Assembly (NCBI GenBank): GCA_964016885.1
Contig: OZ024754.1
Coordinates: 22,134,001-22,198,000 of the forward strand
From: Eledone cirrhosa
Taxonomy: Eukaryota
Direction of reading: 5' to 3'
Length of the DNA stretch: 64,000 bases
Shown here: positions 12,545 through 24,968 of the stretch, in pieces
Layout: each line of letters starts with the position of its first letter
How positions within the stretch are numbered: the stretch's first letter is position 1
Made by a program: the position numbers and the translations under genes
Notes under the pieces: generated by a model
The model's database searches: none
What the model was told of the DNA's origin: nothing
What the model saw: only the letters and a program-made list of their open reading frames with translations

Positions 12545-12965
12545 CCTTGTCTGGCTTTCTGGAGAATAGAGGAAAGGTGTTTCCTCAAAAACCAGTATGA
12601 CTCTAAAAACCGGTTTGTCTGTGTGTTTACATACAGAATAGCTGGACACTCACAGTAAAGTGACCAGTGAAAAACTCGGTACATCTACATATGTATACGT
12701 GTGTGTATTCATATGCATACTAGTATTTCAGTATACATATGTGGATGTACATTGTTAAGTTAATTGTTTAAGCGTCAGTCATACAAAAGTGAGTTACAAA
12801 CGAAACGAAATTTAATTTCGTTTCGTTATTTGTTTTTATCGTCTCCGTTGAACCGGTACGTACTCACGCTCTATGCAAATTAGTCTGTCCACTACTAATT
12901 TTCATAGAAAAAGCATATAACGATATGTGCTTTTACGATTCTCTAGAAAGGCCGGAAGATAGGTA

Positions 12966-13010
12966 AATATTGCTGATGAGATGTAACAACATCGAAACTA
13001 GTTCAATATT
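12966..13010 (+). ncRNA. Type I hammerhead ribozyme
   Basis: Identical to 11102-11146. Confidence 0.9.
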
Positions 13011-13302
13011 CCTTGTCTGGCTTTCTGGAGAATAGAGGAAAGGTGTTTCCTCAAAAACCAGTATGACTCTAAAAACCGGTTTGTCTGTGTGTTTACATAC
13101 AGAATAGCTGGACACTCACAGTAAAGTGACCAGTGAAAAACTCGGTACATCTACATATGTATACGTGTGTGTATTCATATGCATACTAGTATTTCAGTAT
13201 ACATATGTGGATGTACATTGTTAACTTAATTGTTTAAGCGTCAGTCATACAAAAGTGAGTTACAAACGAAACGAAATTTAATTTCGTTTCGTTATTTGTT
13301 TT

Positions 13303-13380
<78 letters not shown>

Positions 13381-13381
13381 C

Positions 13382-13830
<449 letters not shown>

Positions 13831-13863
13831 TAGGTATATATATATATATATACATACATTGAA

Positions 13864-14608
13864 AGGTGAAAAGAATACTAACTATAGACAATTGGGTTTG
13901 CTTGTCTCAATTTAAGAAAAAATCAAGAAAATAAATACAAACCAGAATTGTGGTAACTACCAATCACCCAGACAACTTGGTGTTGTTTCGCAATGTTAAT
14001 TGTGAAAAGAATTACCAATTCAAACTCATCAGTGGGTGAAGAATTAGTATCCTAGAGACTTCTAAGTATATTAAGAAACTGAATAGTGTGCTATATATAA
14101 TAGTGCACATGGTATCTTAGCGTGTCTCACAAACTTACACCACTAAAAATAGCAGCCAGGTTTATTCGACATTTGAAATAGCTCAACAAATTAACGGAGC
14201 CGAATATATCAAAGGTATATATTGAGGTCGGAACTCAAAATAGTCTCTTACAATAAAATAGCTCTAAGAAAGAGATATTTCCGAGCCGTATATTATAATA
14301 GAATATAAAAGAAAAACGAACACAGACATATACATATGTGATTGGTAGTTACCACAATTACGGTTTGTATTTTTTTTCTTGATTTTTTCTTAAATTGAGA
14401 CAGGCAAACCCTATTGTCTATAGTTAGTATTCTTTTCACCTTAGCGAATCTGGTCCCTTACGATTTGAACACTTATATGTATATGTCTGTGTTCGTTTTT
14501 TCTTTTATATTCTATTATAATATACAGCTCGGAAATATCTCTTTCTTTGAGCTATTTTATTGTAAGAGACTATTTTGAGTTCCTAACTCAATATATACCT
14601 TTGATATA
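13864..14608 (-). mobile_element. Non-coding HHR mini-element with interleaved inverted repeats
   Basis: 13864-13967 is the reverse complement of 14338-14442; 14205-14337 is the reverse complement of 14475-14608. Confidence 0.8.
13964..14039 (-). ncRNA. Type I hammerhead ribozyme with full stem III
   Basis: tcaccca CTGATGA g...c GAAA caac-accaa-gttg TC / tgggtga. Confidence 0.85.
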
Positions 14609-14846
14609 TATATATTTTATAAATTACACAATAATCAAAGTTATGTTCAAATCATTTTATTGCTGAAAATCGTTTCTTACTGGTAATAAGGCAGTAATAA
14701 ATTACTGACCTTCCCTGTTTATGGTTTTATATAGTGTATACATAACTATAAATAGTATCATTATTATTATATATATATTTTATATGTTTTATAAATATAT
14801 ATATATATATTTTATATATATATATTTTATATATATATATATATTT

Positions 14847-14877
<31 letters not shown>

Positions 14878-14890
14878 ATATATATATATA

Positions 14891-15053
14891 GTTTTGCGAG
14901 GTTTTTGATATGAAATCGTGTGTCGAAACAAATATTGTTATACTTGGTGAGGGTCATATTTGTGTAATATTGCCAGAATTAATAACAGAAAGTGTGAGTG
15001 TGTTCTGTTATTAATTCTGGCAATATTACACAAATATGACCCTCCCCAAGTAT

Positions 15054-15061
<8 letters not shown>
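14891..15061. repeat. Fold-back element (family H)
   Basis: 14932-14990 and 15003-15061 form a near-perfect hairpin; terminus gaccctc.ccaagtataacaatat shared with 45933-46420 and 50664-51271. Confidence 0.8.
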
Positions 15062-15125
<64 letters not shown>

Positions 15126-15141
15126 TAAAATAACAGATTAA

Positions 15142-15192
15142 AGTTTAAGCAAAGAATCGCTGCTTTCACCCTTAACGGGATCTTCTGAAACT
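15142..15192 (-). ncRNA. Type I hammerhead ribozyme (P3 pLTR)
   Basis: agttt CAGAAGA tccc-gttaa-gggt GAAA gca-gcgattctt-tgc TT / aaact. Confidence 0.7.
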
Positions 15193-16111
15193 AACAAAGT
15201 CAATCTGTAAACGCAGAACTGGATATTTCAAAAAACGTTGCAACCGGAGGAAGACAGGAAGACGATACTTTGGTTCGTGGTAACGTTCGCTGGCAAAGAA
15301 CGGGAAAAAACGAATAATACGTCATTAATAGGAGCGGTGAAAAACAATTACGCGCAAAGACAGAACCACGTTTATGGTATAAAAGAGGTCGTAGACTAAT
15401 GTTCTCTTAGGTGGTGCATAGAGACGTTCTCTGGCAATGAACGAAAAACGAAGATAATAAGTCATATGTGGAGCGTGGAGAACAATAGCACGCAAAGACA
15501 AAACCACGTAAATGGTAAAGCAGAAATTCTAACTAGGAGACCAAATGAATCTCCGCTACAGAGTTAAGAACAAAGTAAATAAATACAATACAGAAGTAAT
15601 AGAAACAAATAAATACATACACGCAAACAGATACGTACATACACAAGCATACGCAAAACCTTACCATAGGTATACAAAACCACGCAATATAAATATGTGT
15701 GTGTGTGTGTATGCTTGTGTACAAATAAATAAATAAATAATTATATAAACGTATATAAGTAAATAAATACGTATATAACAAGCGCACACACATACCTACA
15801 AATAAATACACGAATGTTCGGAGACGTAAGTCAACTAAAACAAGAAGTACACATAAACACACACCCACCATACGTACGAACCTGCATACTCACGCAGACG
15901 CAAAACTCCCGTATACACATAGCCAAACCCTAAATACCAGAATATGTAAAAATTATACGCCATAACAGTCAAATATACGTACGAGAAGGTATACATACCT
16001 TCACAAAACATACGGGTAATATATACTTACCTATGCAAATAATTAAAGGAATAAACAAAACATATACTTAGCTCCCACATCAAGACTTAAAATATCCACG
16101 TATAGATCGTG

Positions 16112-17330
16112 CTATCCGTTAGGGTATAACGTGGGGCTGTAATACAGGAAAGTTTTGTGCAATTTATGTTGACAAGCCGAAATTGCCTCAGATTTTTTGT
16201 TTAAGAATTGGTCTTTGGCGTAGCGTATTTCCAGGGCCTCAGCGGTGCAGAGGTCACATGGTCTTTTATTTCCGTTATACGATCTAGCCCTAGCTAGGAT
16301 CTCCCAGTGTAACTTATATTGGGTGTGGTTGTCTTTTAGACTCCAGATATAAGCTGAAAGTGACGTCATATTCCTTCTTAGAGGGTAACGAAAAGAATGG
16401 GTATGCATGTAAAGACGCTGCTTGAAACTATTGGCGGTTAACCCTATGTAGGCCCTACGGGACGTGGGTGTTACAACCTTACATTTGTAGACAATGTTAC
16501 TAGAGAGGCATTACCCGGATAGGGGGCAATCAGCCCGATTCCTACAATTACAGTTAGTACTAACTACAGGGTTGCACGTGTTCCTACGGCTAGGTAGTTT
16601 AGCTAAATTTGAAGCTGTGATGTTATGTGCTAGGTTAGGAGTCGTAGAGTAAGAAATTTTAATAGTATTTCTATTAAAAATTTTACTATATTTATGTGTA
16701 GGGGGAAAATGCTTCGTAATAAGGGAAAGAACGATCTTAGCTAATGGTGTGGCCACCTCCATATTATATGGTGGGTTAAACCAACAAATGCGACGGGATC
16801 TATTTCTTCTAGGTCTATTTTCGTACTCTGTATATGCTACCTTATCAACAAATCCACTTCGAGCTTCATTGTAGTAAGTGGAATGGTCGTTGAAAATGCG
16901 CTCGTTGGTGGAAAGACGGGAAAGCCTCAACGAAACGTTTTTTACTAGGTTCTTGGTTATGCTGGCAGGATGGTTGGAATGCTTACTCATGTAATTAAGC
17001 GTATCATTCGGCTTTCTATACGGGTAATACAACCCATTCAATAAATTAAGGGTAACGTCGAGGTAATTAACGACCGAGAGATTGGCCTCAACCTGTATAG
17101 AGAGGTTGAAGCCTTTAAAGAAGGCTGTGAGTTCTTTTTTGAACCTGTCGCAAGCACGAGGTCCGCACTTAGTCATGGTCAAAAGACCATCGTCACGGTA
17201 CAAACCACCGCCCGCGTTGGGGAATTCGTCCTTGATAGAGAAAAGAAGGAAAAGGCCAATAAGATCAGTAACCTCCGCAGAGTCACTGGCGCCCATACTC
17301 ACGTCGAATGGGGTACTATTGGGATTTTAG
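16112..17330 (-). pseudogene. PLE RT + GIY-YIG (one in-frame TAA at 16511-16513)
   Basis: SMGASDSAEVTDL, LYRDDGL, SNHP, WFNPPYN, CNCRNRADCPLSG*CL, CDLCTAE. Confidence 0.9.
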
Positions 17331-17349
17331 TCTTCAATTTTATTATTAT

Positions 17350-17389
<40 letters not shown>

Positions 17390-17392
<3 letters not shown>

Positions 17393-18030
17393 AGAGTATT
17401 GAAGTTTGCTTGAAGCATTGTGGAATAATAAGATTTCTTTTCTTTTGGTCGTTTTGGAAGCCTCAACAATGCAGATGGGTAAATCTCCGGGTAACAGGAT
17501 CCGGTGGTGAAGAGAGAGATGTAAGGGAATGTAGAATGAGATGTATAGTGTGTAGAGGAACGTAGGAAAGAGCGCAAAAAATAAAAATAATAACACGAGA
17601 TAGAGTTACCTTGGGAGAGATTTAATTGTCCCTATATTTCGGATTCGCATCCATCAACTGGGGGGGGGGGGGTTCCGGGGGGGGAAGGTTACCTGTCGGA
17701 GAGGAACGGTACGTGTCCTCTGCTGTTCGCTGTCGTGACTAACAGCGAACAGCGAGCAGCAGAGGACACGTACCGTTCCTCTCCGACAGATAAACTCCAC
17801 CCCCCGGAAAACCCCACAGTTGATGGATGCGAATCCGAAATATAGGGACAATTAAATCTCTCCCAAGGTAACTCTATCTCGTGTTATTATTTTTATTTTT
17901 TACGCTCTTTCCTACGTTCCTCGACTCACTACACATCTCATTCTACATTCTCTTACATCTCTCTCTTCACCACCGGATCCTGTTACCCGGAGAATTACCC
18001 ATCTGCATTGTTGAGGCTTCCAAAACGACC
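17390..18030. repeat. ~580-bp palindromic non-coding element
   Basis: 17448-~17732 pairs with ~17742-18030; ultra-minimal HHR-like motif in each arm (17630-17663 -, 17812-17847 +). Confidence 0.85.
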
Positions 18031-18069
18031 CCCCCCCCCATAATGATATTAAATAAATGGAAACTATAT

Positions 18070-18330
18070 TTATAAAACCATATTTATTCTATTATATATA
18101 TTTCAAGGCTACCAAAATTTTGGTACGCTATCATCAGATAAAATACGAAGTGTGTTTTATAAATTTTGACATAACCAAGGAGAATATACCTTAACGGTTC
18201 AAGTTTTCCTTGGATAATGAAGGGATAGAGAAGGGATATATTATACTCCAGAAAACTTGTCGAGTGCTCTGAATCAGTTATAAATATTTATATTTGTTGA
18301 ATTACCAACAGATTGAATATCCCTTCTGCT
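18070..18330 (-). mobile_element. pLTR-like fragment with HHR (18088-18142); same family as 54110-54306
   Basis: tttat CTGATGA ..gtacc-aaaatttt-ggta.. GAAA tatata TA / ataga. Confidence 0.6.
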
Positions 18331-18334
18331 TATT

Positions 18335-19098
<764 letters not shown>

Positions 19099-19190
19099 TG
19101 GTTGTCTATCGTAAACGATGATGACATCTTTTTTATTGTTGCTCCAGTCTGCCGTGGGTACGAAGGTGGCTGTGGAGGCCGATCCTTGAC

Positions 19191-19750
19191 TTAATTTTTA
19201 TAATTTTCTTATTTTACGTCTTTCATATTATTGTTCTGCATCCCCATGCATTGAACCACAAAGTTACTAAGACAAAACCTATATATTTGCTGGCATAGGT
19301 ATGCATCTGTATATATATGTTAGTAGATATACTAATTCTTTATAATTATCTTCAAATTATTTTGTCGAGCCAAAATTGGCCAAAACTGCTACTATAGTTC
19401 ATAGTAACGGTTCGGCTGCTGTCTTCTTAACAAAACACTCCTCACTGATTAACCTCGCTGTCACGTGATTGATTCTTTTGAATTTGCCACCGACGCAGTA
19501 GGCAGTGATTTTTTCAATGGCTTGGAACTTAGTCCACGCTTTGCTTTTTTCCATCCACTGAATTATTTTTGTATAAGTTACCTGTGTCCACGTATTGCCT
19601 GGAAACTTAGCTGAGAATAGACTTCCCTGATGACGAAAGGCTTCTCCGTACGTTTCTTCGGAAACTATGTTTATTCCCTTTCAGAAACTAATTAGTTGGA
19701 GTGAAATTTTAGTAAGTAAGTTAATTTTTATAATTTCCTTATTTTACGTC

Positions 19751-19757
<7 letters not shown>
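19191..19757 (+). mobile_element. ~530-nt terminally redundant non-coding element with HHR-like motif (19615-19676)
   Basis: ttaatttttataattt.cttattttacgtctttcatat at 19191 and 19721; CTGATGA cgaa...ttcg GAAA ctatg TT. Confidence 0.55.
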
Positions 19758-19845
<88 letters not shown>

Positions 19846-19849
19846 TATA

Positions 19850-20358
19850 TATATATACATATGTATTTATACACATATTATTCAAAATATTAATAAATGA
19901 AGACATTCACATAATGAAAATATATGTTTTATTATATATATTTCGAAGGTACTGTGCTGTTTTTTCAGTACGGCCTATCAGATAAAATACATGAATTGAT
20001 ATATGACATACCTCAACTGTCTTGATGGTTCAATTCCAGTATTGGCAGTGATTTATTACAACAAATCTCAATATTTATATACCACAAATAATAACATGAT
20101 AAACTTAAATATGATGAAGAATAGGATGTGGAGCGAGATATAAGTATAAAGAGGGAGTGAGTATGAGAAAATGCAAGAAGAAATAAATAAACAGATACAT
20201 ACATAAATATTTAAATTCGTAAATATCCGTGTTAGGGAAGAAAAAGAAAGAGAGAGAGATAGATAGAAAAGAAGAGAAAACAGAGAAGAAAGAAGAGAAG
20301 AGAGAAGAAGGAGAGAGAGATAGAAGAGAGAAGATGAAAGACGTAACTGCAAAAAGGA

Positions 20359-20406
<48 letters not shown>

Positions 20407-21190
20407 AGGAAGGAAGAACGTGACCGTTGTTTTCAAATATTAAGTCAAATAGAAGTGACCAATTAAATACCATGAAATGTTTTTAATATCTTTTGTATTT
20501 GGTTATGTTTAAGCTAATTATTCTAATATATTATATCAAAATTAAACAATATAAAAATATTTTCTATAATAATCAGAAGCATAGTTTAATTAATATATTT
20601 CTTAAATATTTTGTTACAAAATTCAAAAACATTTTTATTTATAAAGCAAGTTTAAATACCTATTAAATATGTATAAGGATATTTACCACAACTTATGCGT
20701 ATATCACCATCAGTATATACATTTTATATAATGTTTAGAATTATTATCTGAATTATTCTTTTTTCATTATAAAAACAGTTCAATTCATTAGTTGTCATTT
20801 ACTTACAGGATTAATAAGTAGTTATATTTACTCTTAAAAGTATTATTATTTCGATTTTACTTCTGTAACTACATCTTAATACATGTAGTTTCCCTTTAAG
20901 GATTTTTCGTATATTATTAAACTGTATAAATCATGTTAAATATACATTATTAATCCATTTTGATAGAACGAAAATTATTTACGAAGGATGTAAACAAAGG
21001 AAGATAATCCGTACAACTTATGTGATCATTTATATTATCTAAGTGCTTTGAAAGCCAAAAGATATTTCAAACCACAAATTCAGAAATTTCTAGTTATACA
21101 ATGACCATTCTAAATCCTACTGAGTCACATCATGAGATTAATTTACTGTGTAAAAACGATATACAATTTTTAAGTTAAGGCAAAACATTA
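19850..21190 (-). mobile_element. Inverted copy of the P4 3' UTR/pLTR with decayed HHR (19927-19987)
   Basis: Reverse complement aligns with 44886-45890; HHR core mutated to CTGATAG. Confidence 0.8.
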
Positions 21191-21192
21191 TA

Positions 21193-21252
<60 letters not shown>

Positions 21253-21254
<2 letters not shown>

Positions 21255-22193
21255 TTTCTTTATTAACCACAAGGGTTTACATAAAGTAGACATTAAGGAC
21301 AGTGCAGGACAATGCAGGACGGTACAAATGGGCATTTCTGCGTGTAAAAAAAACAAAAACAGAGGATGTAACAAAAATAACAATGAAAATAACAATGAAA
21401 AATTCCCCAATAGGGGGGAGACTTCGGAGGGACATTTGTGGAGAAAGCCCAGTAAAAAGCCACAATGACCCTGACCACCAAGGCAAGTGCCCTCTCCCAG
21501 TTTTCCACCTTTAGTTTACAGATATATACTCAGAGTCGGCCCATTCACTCGGGCCATTCTTGCTTCTCTCACCCATCTTTCAACAAAATGCTGGGAAGAG
21601 AGCACTTCCCTCTCTACTCTGATTTTCCTTTTCAAATGAAATTTGAAAAAGTCAATCAGAGCATCACCGAAGAGGTAAGTGCTCGTCTTCAGCCCTTTCA
21701 AACGTGTCCACCATACTATCTCTTTCGCCATGGCCACCAGACAGATAAAAACTGCCTGCCCTTCCCGGCTAAAGGAGGAGGGCGGGGCAATCCTCACGAT
21801 AGACTCAGATGATAGCTGGATCCGTCCTAAACGCGACAGCATGTGTTCGACATAAACCCACAAGTCAGCAATTTTCGGACACTGGACGAGTGCGTGCAGG
21901 ACGGTTTCGTCGCCCTGCGCGCATCTCGGACATGCCCGGCTGACGGCACCTCCATGCCTGTAGAGTTTATCCCGAACTGGCAAGGCTCCTCGGTAGCACT
22001 GCCAGGCCAGAGATTTCTGGAAGCGCTCACAGCCCTCGACCAATCGGGCAATGTGATCGGTGGAAACTCCACCTCGGCGTTCTATAGAGGATTAGTGGAG
22101 GGGAAGAGCGACGACGTACTTGGGGAAACTCTAGGCGTCGACGAAAATCAACTAGCCAATCTCTTCGGAAGAACTTTCGGGCCAGGGCCTATG
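21253..22193 (-). mobile_element. Tx1/L1-like element A, 5'-truncated and 5'-inverted copy
   Basis: 21253-22023 is nearly identical to 24707-25475; 22023-22193 is the reverse complement of ~25482-25651; (TAA)n on both sides. Confidence 0.9.
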
Positions 22194-22211
22194 AATAATA
22201 ATAATAATAAT

Positions 22212-24657
22212 AACCAGAAGATGCTGTTTGGACAGCTTGAGGGGAAAGAAAGAGGCAACGACTTGATCCCTGGGGCGGAACAAACTAAAACATTCTGGAG
22301 AGGAATATGGGAGCAGGATGTTAGACATAATGACCAGGCAGGGTGGATTGAGACAGTACAGAGGGAGATCGGTGAGCAGGCACACCAACAAACTGATTTG
22401 AGTATCACAGTTGAAACTCTTAAGGGGCAGGCCAAAAAACTAACCAACTGGAAATCACCAGGCCCAGATGGTGTGCAGGGGTATTGGATTAAAAATATAA
22501 CATCCCTCCACCCGAAACTGACAGCCATGTTCAATGACTACTTGGTGTCGGGTGAGGTGCCAGAGTGGTTGTCAAAAGATACCACAGTTCTGATAATAAA
22601 AGACCGAATCAAGGGTAATGATGTTACCAACTATAGCCCTATCACATGTCTGTCCGTAATGTGGAAACTGTTGACGAGCATTGTGTCTGAGGAAATCTAC
22701 CATCACCTCCACACAAACAACTTGTTACCGGACGAACAGAAAGGATGCCGAAAGAAGTCACGTGGTACAAAGGACTAGTTACTTATTGATAAGATGGTAA
22801 TGGGGAATTGCAGGAGGAGACACACTGGTCTTGCCATGGGATGGATAGACTACAGAAAAGCATTTGACATGGTGCCTCATTCTTGGATCACCAAAAGCCT
22901 GGAGATCTTCAAGGTGGCAGATAACATCAGACAGTTGCTGGGCAGGAGTATGGGGTCCTGGGAGACAGAGTTGACATCAACTGGAGAATCCTTGGGAAGC
23001 GTGAAGATCAAGATAGGTATCTTCCAGGGAGATAGCCTGTCCCCTCTGTTGTTTGTCCTTGCCCTGATGCCCTTGACCATTATGCTGCGAAAAGTGAGAG
23101 CAGGATACAAGTTGGGAAAGGGAGAGCTTACTATCAGTCACCTCCTCTTCATGGACGATCTTAAGCTCTTCGGGAAGAGTGAGAAGGAGTTGGATGTGCT
23201 TGTTGACACTGTCCGTATTTTCAGCAGTGATATATGTATGCAGTTTGGTATTAGTAAGTGTGGAGTCATTGTGATGAGGAGGGGTAGGTTGAGCAGAAGT
23301 AACGGAATCCAGATACCAACAGGTGAGATGATAAAGGGAATTGACTCTGAGGAAGGATACAAGTATTTGGGCGTTCTGGAGGCTGATGGCATAAAGAACA
23401 AAAAAATGAAGGAATTGTTAAGAACTGAATACATTCGGAGAGTAAGGAGCGTATTGAAGTCACATCTGAACAGCAGAAATGCCATAAGCGCAGTAAATTC
23501 TCGAGCTGTGTCTATTATTAGGTACAGTGCGGGAATTCTGAGATGGAATGTTGCTGAACAAAAAGAAATGGATAGGAAGACTAGGAAGCTATTGACTATC
23601 TACAACATGTTCCACAAGAGGAGTGATGTCGATAGAGATCTAAGGAGATCTGAGGGTGGAAGAGGTCTTATCAGCATAGAGGACTGTGTTCAGATGGAGA
23701 AAAACAACCTATACAAATACGTGACTGATAGTAAGGAGCCAATGCTCAGAACTGTACTGAAGGAGGGGACAATAGGCCAGGGGATGTCCAAGGAGGAAAT
23801 AACATCAAGGAGAAAGAGCAGCCTTCAGGGAAAATCCCTTCATAGTACCTTCTTTGAGAAAACTGAATTTAGAGATCCACAGACATGGAACTGGTTGAGA
23901 AGAGGAGACCTCAAAAAGGCTACAGAAGGAATGTTAATGGCTGCGCAGGAGCAGGCCCTCAAAACGAAGTGGTTGAAACACCATATTTACAAGGAGGAGG
24001 CTAGCCCACTGTGCAGGATCTGTGGAGAGAGAGAGGAGACTGTGGCTCACATTGTATCCGAGTGTAAACACCTAGCCCAGACCCACTATAAGGGCTGGAG
24101 ACATGATGTGATGGGCAGGGTGATCCACTGGCACCTGTGCAAAGTAAACAATTTACCACATTCTGAGAAATGGTATGAGCATAGGCCAGAGGCGGTGATG
24201 GAGAACGATCAGGTGAAGGTGCTGTGGGATTTTAGGATACAGACGGACAAGAAACTGGAACACAATAGACCTGACCTGGTGGTTGTGGACAAAGAAAAAA
24301 GATCGTGTCTGATTGTGGATGTGGCCTGCCCATTCGACACGAGAGTGCAAGAGAAGGAGAGGGAGAAAATTAACCGATACCAGAACTTAAAGTGGGAGGT
24401 AAAAAGGATTTGGAAATGCCATGAAGTCAAAGTGATCCTGGTTGTCATAGGCGCACTGGGGACTATCTCCAAAGGTTTCCAGGGATGGTTAAAGAAAATC
24501 GGCCCCCTCACGCTTTTTGGAACGCTTCAAAAGGCATGCTTGCTGGGAACAGCAAGAACCCTCCGATACGTCCTGAATATCTGAGGCTGCAGGTAGTGGC
24601 TTGATATTCATTCCAACAGACTTTCCAGTTAACCAACATCAATGACTGAGATTCAAG

Positions 24658-24660
<3 letters not shown>
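22212..24660 (+). mobile_element. R4/Dong-like RLE non-LTR retrotransposon, family B, 5'-truncated
   Basis: KSPGPDG, GIFQGDSLSP, FMDD, CRICGEREETVAHIVSEC, RHD, RPDLVVVD...LIVD...EK..RY (PD-D/ExK); TAG at 22776; (TAA)n tail. Confidence 0.9.
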
Positions 24661-24708
<48 letters not shown>

Positions 24709-24968
24709 TTTCTTTATTAACCACAAGGGTTTACATAAAGTAGACATTAAGGACAGTGCAGGACAATGCAGGACGGTACAAATGGGCATTTCTGCGTGTA
24801 AAAAAACAAAAACAGAGGATGTAACAAAAATAACAATGAAAATAACAATGAAAAATTCCCCAATAGGGGGGAGACTTCGGAGGGACATTTGTGGAGAAAG
24901 CCCAGTAAAAAGCCACAATGACCCTGACCACCAAGGCAAGTGCCCTCTCCCAGTTTTCCACCTTTAGT

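Larger units (their letters stand above)
10232..13303. repeat. 466-bp tandem array with one HHR per complete unit (retrozyme-like); 1.4 units inverted relative to ~5.2 units
   Basis: Exact 466-bp period (11069, 11535, 12001, 12467, 12933); 10232-10883 is the reverse complement orientation of 10899-13303; (TA)n on both sides. Confidence 0.95.
15121..17330 (-). mobile_element. Penelope-like element P3, 5'-truncated
   Basis: Coding 16112-17330; 3' UTR ends in HHR, AATAAA and (TA)n. Confidence 0.85.

Noticed and set aside
10349-13115. Six copies of a 60-aa ORF (MSSYSVCKH...)
   Set aside because: Start is GTG, the ORF is antisense to the hammerhead and is not conserved in the sister 452-bp family; a by-product of the repeat
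10899-13303. Possible CRISPR-like array
   Set aside because: Whole units are identical with no unique spacers, no cas genes, eukaryotic context
21843-22778. 311-aa ORF as a novel fusion protein
   Set aside because: Chance read-through of antisense A, inverted A, (AAT)n and family B
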